Assembly (NCBI GenBank): GCA_964247055.1
Contig: OZ176060.1
Location: 186,001-250,000, forward strand
Reading direction: 5' to 3'
Source of the DNA: Paragordius varius
Taxonomy: Eukaryota > Animalia > Nematomorpha
Length of the DNA: 64,000 bases
This document shows positions 53,214-64,000 of the stretch, piece by piece. The translations under genes and the position numbers were made by a program. Position 1 is the first letter of the stretch, and each line of letters starts with the position of its first letter. The notes beneath the pieces were generated by a model. It was not told the origin of the DNA. It ran no database searches and saw nothing but the letters and a program-made list of their open reading frames with translations.

Positions 53214-56200
53214 TTGATAATGATAATCAACCAGTTTAGTGCAAAACATCCCTCTGTTATACCTCAGTTACTACAGTCAACACTCAAAGCCATCCATCAT
53301 TCTGTGTCAACCCGTCCTCCGTTCCTACATCTGATATTGGCTCTCTTTCTCTATGAACACCAATTCCCATCACTCTCTTCATATCTGTTCTACAACAAAG
53401 TGTACACAGCTATCAATCAGTCATCCAATCAGGCCAAATCTCCCAGCTCAAACGTGAAACGCAAGACCATACTTGATCTTGTCCATCCAGCCAACAAAAT
53501 GCTTAAGATAAATAAGAATGAGGATGATAATGATGGCGAGACCTATTGGAGGTGATGCCACATCAACCTACCCTGCAAGACAAAACCCTATCCTTTTTTT
53601 CCCTCTTCCCAATCACTTTTTATTCCCGTTTGAATCTTGTAATCATCAGTTTCGTTGTAAATCCTGGACTGCTCAGAGACATTCTTATCTACGCCATATT
53701 AAGCTGGTCCATAAATAACTAATCAAAATAGTTAATATTTGCAAACCTTGTAACAAAGTTTTATCTATTCACCCAAGTATACATATGAAAGAGTGCATTT
53801 TTGCGTCCAGATCTCCTCCTATTGTCCAAATGCCTCACGCATGTGATGAGTGTGACTTGTCGTTTCCCAAGCGCATGTCTCTCTTATATCATAAAAGGTC
53901 TCATAATCTACCTCCTCATCCTCACAGCAAACCGTTAAGTTTGTCAAACCTCCGATTCAATCCTTCTAACAAACCTAAGGTTGTCGAGTCATCTTTAACC
54001 CATTCAGTAAGCTTTGTTGATACACCCAGCTCTCCAGTTAATTCTTGTCCTACCAAAGTGAGTGGGACCTCAAACATCATTGGTAAAGGACATGAAGGCA
54101 ATAATTCCAGTACGGATTTTAATTCCAATATTCTAAATCACAGTGATAGTTCGGTAAAAAAAAATTTTAATTACTTTTCTAAAAATGAGGTCTCTTTATC
54201 TAATCGTTTTACTATTCTTGAGGAGAGTGTTGATGAGGAACCCACTTCATCGGTTACTCTACCTCCACCAAATAAAGGTTTTAAAAAATCTTCTGCTTTA
54301 AATAAAAATACTTTTCCTTATACTAATTTTAATAAACTTCTTGACTCCCACAACGAGAATACCGACTGGGAGGATATTTTTTCTTTAATAAGCTCTTTTC
54401 AAAATGCATTATCTCCTCCCCGGGCTGATTATAATAAGTCTAAAAGTTTGGTTCATAAAGATATAAATATTCGTAGCATGTTTAAGAATAATAGAAAAAA
54501 AGGCTATAAGATTAATCGTTGATAGCCCTCCATCCTCTTGTAAAATAATTAACGAAGATATAACTAATTATTTTAATAATACAATTGGCAAAAAATCGGA
54601 GCCTATTAATTTTAATTATTCTAATAATTCTGCTCCTTTACTTGATTTTACACCTTTTTCAGCTTCTGAAGTTTCTGATAAATTAAGAAAAGTTTTAACA
54701 GCTCCCCTGGTCCTGATGGTATTTCTTATACCAAATGGAAGCAGGTGGATCCCAAACGTATTCTTTTAGCTAAAATTTTAATTTGTGTTTAAGTCATAGA
54801 ATGATTCCTAATCATTGAAAGATAACTAAGTAAATTTTAATTTCTAAAAAAGAGGGAGACCCTTCTCTTCTTTCAAGTTGGAGGCCCCTTTCTCTAAGCA
54901 ATACTATCTATAAATTATTTACTGGCCTTATTGCCAACCGTATTTCTAAGCATATTTTAAAATATCACTTATTATCATCAGCCCAGAAAGGATTTATGCC
55001 TTTGATGGCTGCTTTAAGCATAATTATATTATAAATATTTCCGATCCTAAACATAATAAAAAAGAAATTTTTGTAACTTTTATTGATATCACGGCTGCGT
55101 TTGACTCGATCTCTCACCAGGTGATTTTTGAATGTCTCCCTAATTTTGGTATAGATAATAATATTCAACTTTAATTAAGAATTTACACAAATTCTTGTAC
55201 TCAGTTCTTATCCGCCTCTGGGTTAACGCAACCCATCCCTTTCGTGTCTGGCATTAAACAGGGGTGTATAATTTCTGGCCTTCTTTTTAATTTGTCTATC
55301 GATTCTGTGTTGAGTCTATGGTGTTTAATGGTCACAATGTCCTCGCTTATGCTGATGACATTGTTTTGTCTGACTCTTTTGTACCTCATCAAGTTGGGCT
55401 CAACTTGTTAGAATGTCTTATTAAGGATATTGGTTGATCAAAGCTGAAAAGTGCAATAGTATTTCTATTGCTTCTTGTAGTCTTGTTTTCAAGATTGGTT
55501 GTCGTTCTCTTAATCGGTCAAGGTGAGTTTGTTAAATTTCTTGGTAAGCCTGTAGGTCTCAACTTCGTTAATCCCGTTCCTTCTACGGAAATTGTGGATA
55601 AAATACATAGTTCTAGCCTCCTCCCTTGGCAAAAGCTAGATGCAATTAAAACATTTTTTCTATCCCACCATTTCTCACCAGTTGAAAAATAATGAACTAA
55701 AAATGGTTACAGTTGAATTTCTAGATAAAAAGCTTACTAAAATTTTTAAACAAATATTAAATATCCCAAGAGATGCCACTAACAATTATATTTTTGGCTC
55801 TCGTAATAAGGGCGCCTTAGTGATGCCCCTATTCCGAGATGACATTAATATATTTCGTGTGGATTCCGCTTTCAAATTACTTACTAGCTTAGATCATTCT
55901 ATAAGAGTTTCTGCTCTCGAGAAACTTAAGGTTTCGGCTAGCTTTCGTTTTGAGGTTCGATTAAATTCAATAACTACCGATCATTTAGGCAAGTATTTGT
56001 CTGGTTATGAGAACCCTCTTTCAAATCCAGCTAATAAATGCCATAACATTTGGACAATAGCGAGAATTGCGTCTGAATCTGTTAAAATTTTTAAGTCTTT
56101 TGATGATTCTTTTCAGCCTACAATAATTACAGAGTTCTCTAAAATCTCCCAAGACAATCGCTCAGCTGTTGTTTCTAACCTTCAATTTTATAAACCAAAG

Positions 56201-57092
56201 TTAAAGGATACTGAGCTACATCATTTTGCTTTGCAGGGTGTCGGGTGATGAAGTGCGTTGCTGATGATAAGGTCAGTCCCCACTTCCTATACAATAATAA
56301 GGATCTTCGTTTTAGAGACTGGAACTACTTCCAACGAGCGCGACTCAATCTCCTACCAACGAAAATGCGACTCAGGGCATCTCTAAACAAATGGGCCGTC
56401 ACTGCCCCGAGTCTAAAGAAATCCAAGCACACGTATTAAACCATTGCCTTAAAGATAATAATATAATAACCAAAAGACACAACGTCATAGTAGACCTGAT
56501 TAAAGATAACCTCCCATCAAATTTGAAAGCCATCGATTCGTCGAGACTACGCCCTGCCTGACCTCATTGTAACAAATGGCACTGATTGCTTTATCATTGA
56601 TCCCACAGTGCCGTCTGAAAACAGGCTAGAATCGTTCGAAACGGCATTCAACAATAAAATAATGAAGTATAGCTGTATGGCACAACAATTACAGGAAACA
56701 TACAGCAACACCCAAGTCATTCTTATTGTTGTAGGGAGCCTCGGCTCGTGGTATTCGAAAAACGATGTTCTTTTTGAGAAAATCAGTTTTCGTTACCCTA
56801 CACAACTTAAGAAATCAATAGTTACAAGCATAATAAAATCTTCAGCCGACATGTAACACATGTTTATGAGCGGTCGAAATTCCCTCATAGACAACAACCC
56901 TACATCCCATGCATTTTTGTAATATTTTTATATATATTTATTTTTTTTATTATATTTTTTCTTTTTTTATATATTTATATATAATAATATTTTCTCTTTC
57001 TTCCCCCTTGTAACTACCCCATGCCCAATATTGTTGCGCAGCACTTTTCTTCATATATTCTAAATTGTATTTTTATATATATTAATAAATTA
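53214..57092 (+). mobile_element. Utopia-type element copy 3 (most complete coding region, frameshifted)
   Basis: N-terminal C2H2 fingers (CDECDLSFPKRMSLLYHKRSH), RT motifs, RLE motifs and a 3' UTR ending directly in TATCTGTTCTT. Confidence 0.9.
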
Positions 57093-57103
57093 TATCTGTT
57101 CTT
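57093..57103 (+). ncRNA. U2: U2 snRNA 3'-junction fragment TATCTGTTCTT
   Basis: Exact 11-mer at the element 3' end, as in copy 2. Confidence 0.7.
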
Positions 57104-59111
57104 AAGGAAAAGAACACTTTTAATTAGAAGATAATTATTGATTGACGAAAGAAAGTGTATTAAAAAATATAATAATTGTTTATTATTAATTATTTGAATT
57201 TATAAAATATCCGGATTATATTCATTTTAGTAAATCTATAAACAGACTTAGGTTAACATTTGATAATTTTTTGTTTATTTAATTTTGAATCAAATTATAG
57301 GCCGCGAACATTAGTGTTTATTTATATTTATAATTCTTTATAATCAATTCTTTATAATCAAATAGATTCATTTTTATTATTTTATAAGTCTGACATTAAA
57401 AATTGAAATTATACAGTTATAACGATTTAAGACAAATTGTTTTAAAAGACAACCGGACTTTCCACATATTTATTTCATATAAGCTATTTAATTACAATTA
57501 TTGTAAACTATAGAATTGATTGAGTTGGTAATATTTATCTCTATTTCACACTTTGCCATTTTAAACAATATTTAATGAATAAAGATATCTAAAGTATCGT
57601 TGTTTTAAAAAATTTTGTGCTTATTTTATATTTTACTACATATAGTTTAAGAAACCTCTTTTTACGCTATTGGTCCCCATATATGGTCAAAACACAACAG
57701 TTAAAAAATATTTTTTTTTCCCGCTTTAAATTGGTTTTAATATGGTGTTTTTTTTAAAGATGGTGAAATATCTTAAATATTTGATATAACAAGATATAAT
57801 CAATTAATTTTAAAAAATTAAAATAATTGTTATTAATTTACGTAGTTAGCTTATGTTTTATTGAGTTTCCAATAAATCATAACAATTTCATTTTTTAGTT
57901 ATTTACTTTGTTAATGATCAGTTAACATTATAAAATATAGTTTTATCCTTAATTATAATAGGTTATCATACATAACAAAACTAAACATAAAAAAGATGGC
58001 ATATTTTTAATATATCTCAGCATCCTCTTTTAAAATTCGTTTTAATAAAAAATACTTTTATAAAAATCATCATAAAACCATAAAAACGAATACTAAAATT
58101 TTAGGTAAAACTTTATATATATTTATTTGATGTAATATAATTTATTAAAAAATAATGATCGTTGACCTTGCTCTGAACTAATTCTCAACTTCAACTAGAA
58201 GAAAGTCAAATTTTTAACCAAATTTAATTCAGCAATACATTATTTTATAATTTACGCTACGTAAAATAAATCTGCGCATTTTAGGGTAGAATTTGTAACA
58301 TATTGTGAGTTTTTAAAAAAAATGTATCTTTTTTTTTACTTTATGTGAATAGTCAATATTTATTTGATATTTAAAAAATAAGATAAGGTGCTTAAAGTTA
58401 AATTAAAATCTTCCTACATCATTTTGTATAGAACGTGTATTTATTTCAACATTTCGGCTGTTTAGTTATTTTATAAAGTTTTATCAACTTGTTAATCTAT
58501 GACTTGAATTCTTAGCTCAATATATTTTATAATATAATTATTGGCTATGAAATATGATTTGTTAAATAAAAAAATTATTCAAATTAGTCTAAGTATTCTT
58601 TCATAAATGTATGTAGTATGTAATTAGATATTATTTATTCACGCATTTATATAGCCAATTGATATTTATTTTTGCCCATTAGTTTATGACATTTCTGTGT
58701 GTTTATAAACAATTTTAATTTTATTTTATTTATTTGCAACACTTCTGGTATATGAATTAGGGAGATTTATGTTTTATTGGTTATATCTTGATTGCCTTTT
58801 TTTAAATAGAATTTCTTACCAAATATATGCTTTAGTTTACGGCATTCTTGTTTAGTTATGGCCTAGTTAATAATATGAATATAAATTAAGATGGTGATAA
58901 GATAAAATATTATTCTTGTATTAAGAAGGCCAAATATAACCCTTGATTTTTGTATGTTATCTTTTGATGGAATCTTCAACAAATTATTTTTAATTTTTGG
59001 CTAACATTATATTTAATATAAAAAGAACACTTTTAAATTTGGATGAACTCATATGGGAAAAAATAATGCAAAGCCTAAAAAATGAATAAAACTATAGCTA
59101 GCTGGTGAAAA

Positions 59112-59339
59112 ATGTCTGAATGTATGCAATGTAACAAATTATATAAAACGCGTGCGGGATTATTTTATCATAACAAATCCGTTCATATACAAAAAATATT
59201 CCGTGAAATTTGTAAAAAGATTTTTAACAAAATGAATCTTGCTAGGCACATTAAGTCGGTTCATGAGAAAATAATACATAAATGTCCGATTTGTAAAACT
59301 GATTTTTCTCAAAAAGGCCAACACCTTAGTTTGTTATAG
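59112..59339 (+). pseudogene. C2H2 zinc-finger fragment (about 3 decayed fingers)
   Basis: CMQC...HNKSVH, EICKK...HIKSVHEKIIHKCPIC are family-typical; truncated near Utopia copy 4. Confidence 0.7.
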
Positions 59340-59403
59340 AAAATTCGAATTAGTTTAAATGATTAAATATCAAAAAAAATATTTATATTTAGCCAAAAAT
59401 ATT

Positions 59404-59514
59404 ATTTATTAATATATATAAAAATACAATTTAGAATATATAAAGAAAAAGTGCTACACAACAATATTAGCATGGGAAGTTACAAAGGAGAAGAAAGAAG
59501 AAAGAAAAATATTA

Positions 59515-59546
<32 letters not shown>

Positions 59547-59894
59547 AAAATAAAATAAATATAAAAAAAAGAAATATATATAAAAAATATTACAATAATG
59601 CTTTGGATATTGGGTTGTCTATGAGGAAATTTCACCCGCTCATATATGGTACATGTGACAAATGATTTTATTGTATTAGTTATAATTGATTTCTTAAGTT
59701 GTGTGGGGTAACGAAACCTGATCTACTCAAAAAGAACATCGTTTTTTGAATACCAGGAACCGAGGCTCCCTACGACAATGGGAATGACTTGGGTGTTGCA
59801 GTCAGTCTCCTGTAATTGTTGAGCCATACAGCTATACTTCATTATTTTATTGTTGGAAGCCATTTCGAATGATTCTAGCCTGTTTTCAAACGGG
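59404..59894 (-). mobile_element. Utopia-type element copy 4 (short 5'-truncated 3' end)
   Basis: PFENRLESFE...KIMKYSCMAQQLQET...IVVGSLGSW plus a 3' UTR homologous to the other copies. Confidence 0.9.
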
Positions 59895-61193
59895 ATATTA
59901 AGTGTAATGCTAGCCAAAAATTAAAATCAATTATTGAAAAATTTTCCTAACAGAGATTAAAGCAAGCTTACTTACATTTGTATTAAATTAATGGCTATAT
60001 ATAACATATTTTTTAATTTAATTCAAAAGCGAAACTAATCCGATAAATTAGGCATATTTTATAAATGTCTTTTTTTAGATAAATTTTTGTGAATAATTCA
60101 TATTTTGTAATTTACTTGCCATCTATTTATAAAATATGATAAATTATTTGTTAACATGGAAAATAATTTCAAAATCTTTCGTTTTTAGATATTTAGCTGT
60201 TAACAAAAGCGAGAACTTAAGCACGATTGCAGGAAATTATTAATTAAATGCTGATCAATTACATCATATAGTAAATATATATACATAAGTAAAATAAATA
60301 TTTTTAAATAGCCAACTATTTTTAAATTTTAATCTATATAAAGTTATCCTAAATACCTGATTAATATATCTTTTGAAATTTCATAGGGCAATTTCAAACA
60401 AGGAGTTATATATAACATTCAGGTTTAAAAAGTACAGCGGTCTTATGAATATATCTCTTTATACTTTCACGTTTGCTCCGTATAATTTCAATTTTTATTT
60501 GAGATATTATTATGGGTTAGATTATATCTGGATATATGTCATTAATATTATTTATTCCTATTTCTAAGTTTTTGTTTATATAAAATTAATATTCAGTAAT
60601 AGTATTAATTTAATTATAGTAAATCATTTCATATGAAATTTAGATAATTTTTTATGTTCATGCTATCCTATCTAAAAAAATTTTATAATTATTTTTAATC
60701 TTAAAATTTCTATGCAAATATTTTATAATTTTAGTTTCTTAGTTTTTTACGGTTTTTATGAAAAAACTCATCGTAACCTTTTATGTTTGAGCTGACATTT
60801 ACATTGGAAAAGCGTAGCATGCAGATTAAACTGTAGAGCCTTATTGTAATATTAAAAACTTAGAGTATATTAACCATTTTATTCACTTCACATTATTTTT
60901 TGGCCGATTAGCAATACAGTAACATGTGAGCAAAAGACAAACGGTGTGAAATAAACATTTTTACCAATAAAATTACAACATTAAATTTGTTTTGGTTATA
61001 AATTATTTATTTTGCTTTATAAAAATTTATTTAAAAATATTAGGACCTTTATTTCCGAAATTAGTGTGTACACTTTATTATACTTTTTCAAAAATTGTTT
61101 TAAATAAAATTAAATTTGTTCATTAATTTATATACAATTTTTTTATATGCGCTACTGTATTGCTAATTGACCAACAATAAAGTGAGTACTGTA

Positions 61194-61461
61194 CAGTTAA
61201 AATTGATATTATACGGACATAAAATAATTACAATTTTTTATAAAACAACCATACACTTTAAAATAATTTGTTCCTAAAAAATTATTATTAGTATTGTAAA
61301 ATATATAATTGATTGTGTTACGAATTAACTCTATATAAAAGCTGCATTGTAACAATCAGTTATAATTATGAAAATCAAGATAAAAATTTATGGTTATCTC
61401 ATATAAAATATATTTGTTTTTATATTTTTACGTTTAGTCGGTATAATATTGATTTCTACTG
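61194..61461. mobile_element. pogo/Tc1-like MITE (268 bp, TA on both sides)
   Basis: TA|CAGTTAAAATTGATATTATACGGAC ... GTCGGTATAATATTGATTTCTACTG|TA. Confidence 0.7.
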
Positions 61462-61661
61462 TAATTTATTTTTATCTACAATAAAAACTACAGAATAGAC
61501 CTTTGGTCAAATAGCATTCTAAATATTTTCTAAATGAAAATGCATAATGCAAAACATCTCCATCAAATGAATTAAATCCCAATTTTTATTTGCAAAAATG
61601 AAATTTTAAACAAAATTATATTTATGTGACCACATGCTACATGTATTATATTTTAAAGTGT

Positions 61662-62250
61662 TCAGTTATGTACATTTTTAATGTGCCTGGCAAGATTGTA
61701 TTTTTGAGTATATTCTTTTTTGCAAATCACACATTTATGTTTAATTTTTTCATGAACAGATTGAACGTGTCTTGCAACATCTGCTTTTCCGGCATATTCT
61801 TTTTTACAAATCGGACATTCATGTTTAATTTTCTCATGAACTGAATATATGTGCCTTCCAAGATTGCCTTTGTTAGAAAACATTTTTGAACAAATTTTGC
61901 ACGGATATTTAACTTGATCATGAACAGAACAAATATGTTTGGTCAAGTCGCTTTTATCCTTAAATAATCTTATCACATTGAATACATCGACAACAATTCT
62001 TTAATTTTTGAGTGTTTAAAGACTCACTTTTTCCATTATTATTGTTATCATTAAATAAATTGTTAATATCATTTAAGCTTATGTCATTGGAATCAACATT
62101 TGAACATACCGAGGTATTATCTTTTACATTTTTTGGTGGTTTCAGCGAAAGATTTAACTCCGTATGTTTTCCAACCAAATAAATTATCAAGATATTGTTG
62201 ATTTCGGTATTTGAAATTTTTTGCTGATTGTGAAGTATTTTCACTTTTAT
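61662..62250 (-). pseudogene. C2H2 zinc-finger paralogue (4 fingers, frameshift in finger 1, 5' part eroded)
   Basis: ORFs 61960-62244 and 61662-61976 are homologous to 18796-19473; the PLDLS position reads ELNLS. Confidence 0.8.
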
Positions 62251-63489
62251 TTATTTTAGATAACAAAAGTTACGAATCATTGGTGTACTCTCTATACAAC
62301 TCGAAGAAGAGTGTATTTTTATAAAAAACGATAAAGTTACATATTTTTCACAAAATCTTTCCAAGTAACAAACAAATGAACGAATTCACCATATGTATCT
62401 TTAATGATGTGAACGTAAATCAATTAGATGGCATATTTTATATATATAATTATAATATATAGCTTAAAGTTCTTGGCATAAACTTAACTTAATCTAATTG
62501 AAAAAATATTTATTTTTACAAGGTGTAAATAGGTTTTTCATAATTTTACGAAATAAAATATTTAATATTTAACATAATGTGCCCAAATTTTGCCATACTC
62601 TGTTAATAAACCGTTACAATTAAAGTGTAATTTTGTCAGTCGTGAAGATCAAAACCAAAAGCCCTATGATATTCCTGATACTTTTCCTATCGAATAAATT
62701 TTATAATTTAAGAAAGAAGCCTTTAGGAAGAGGATATAAATTAATTGTATTAGCACGAGCTGATAAAAAATATAACGCTGAGTTTTTTTGAGAAAAATTT
62801 GACTTTATTTGGTCCTTCATGAAGTCGAATTCACTACTACTAGTAGTCTACGAGCAGTATTAAATGTGTTATTAATTATCCAAATTTGTTAAAATTTTTT
62901 ATATTTATAATAATAAAAATTGTAGTATTTTATATTTTTGTACTATGCAAATATTATATCCATTAGTTTACTCGTATAATTTTAATGTATTATCGCTAAT
63001 TATATTTATTTGGTAAATTACTTTCATAGAAATTTTGCTTAAAACCTATATACTAAGTGAATGATCATTTTCGCATACCTTTTATTATAGCAGATTAATC
63101 TAAAAAGTTAACTAATTATAAAGTATTTGTTAAGTATATGCCATCTTTATCTTTATATTTAATATATATTGTAATTAGTTTAAAGATAGTTCATTAGGAA
63201 TGTATAAAAAGTTATGTTACAATGTTGACTCACCAATAACATATTTTATTGTGTAATTCATTTAAATGCTAGAATTGGCATATAAAAGTCGCAAAAATAA
63301 TTTAAATTTATATGCATTCAATTATTTTGATATAAATTACATTTTATATTATGCGAAATCCTCTAAATTATTCTACATTTTACCATCCTAAAAAATATAA
63401 ACATATTTAGGAGGCAGGTATATATAGACTGCTGTGTTTTGTCCATATTTGGGTATCAATAGCAACATAAAGGGAATTCTTCCATGATT

Positions 63490-63739
63490 CAGTAAAAATC
63501 AAACTTATACGGCAAAAAACTTAAAAATATAAAGAATTATTTAAAAGATATCCATTTTATAAACATTTTTGGCATAATTATTGAAATGTTTTAATTGTGA
63601 AATATGTAATGATTATGAGCATATACTTTTGCTACTTTGCAATATTAACCAATGATATATTAAAAAATAAAAACTAAAAGTACTTAGAAAAAAATAATTA
63701 ACTATATTTTACGTTTTGTCTGTATATCAATTACGACTG
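63490..63739. mobile_element. pogo/Tc1-like MITE
   Basis: cagtaaaaatcaaacttatacggcaaaaaac ... acgttttgtctgtatatcaattacgactg|ta. Confidence 0.6.
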
Positions 63740-64000
63740 TATTAAGAAATAAAATAAATTAACTGCTTATTGGATGGCTTAGAGCCTATGTTGTTTCCGT
63801 AATGCTTAAAAATAGCATGAATAAGGCTTTAACAAAAAGATATTAAATTTATAAACAAAGTATGCAATTTTTTAAAAAAATATTTTTTATAATCTATGAT
63901 ATATTTATAAATTTCATCTCGGCTTATTAACATTAAGTATGGATCAAATTGTTTTTAAAAACCATTTTTAAATTTATAAAAATACCCTTAAAGTGCAAAT

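Noticed and set aside
53382-53391. Extra TATCTGTTCT match inside Utopia copy 3
   Set aside because: It is internal to the coding region and not conserved in copy 2 (catctcagttct), so it is a chance match.
58985-59034. Vacant sites as complete decayed U2 genes
   Set aside because: An AT-decayed alignment to U2 5' is possible, but the same taatttttggcta motif also lies about 135 bp upstream of the true U2 fragment in copy 2, and no Sm site or 3' stems are visible. Not called as U2 genes.

Overview
Very AT-rich eukaryotic DNA, probably from an animal (PLDLS CtBP-type motif in zinc-finger proteins; invertebrate-type U2 sequence GATCAAAGTGT). It is a mosaic of segmental duplications and decayed mobile elements. 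Main contents: (1) four copies of a restriction-like-endonuclease non-LTR retrotransposon. One is bracketed by U2 snRNA 5' and 3' fragments, which points to the U2-targeting Utopia lineage. That copy has lost its whole RT domain, and all four copies plus three vacant sites lie in homologous positions of one amplified cassette. (2) Three decayed RTE-clade LINEs and a Ty3/Gypsy integrase fragment. (3) piggyBac-like (TTAA), pogo/Tc1-like (TA) and hAT-like (8-bp TSD) MITE families, with nested and filled/empty-site evidence. (4) A ~190-240 bp satellite. (5) Five copies of a C2H2 zinc-finger gene with variable finger number, one possibly intact. (6) A single-copy 342-aa orphan gene whose frame is restored by two 22-nt GT-AG introns and one 65-nt intron. 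No rRNA, tRNA or CRISPR was recognised. All alignments were done by eye, so repeat boundaries are approximate.
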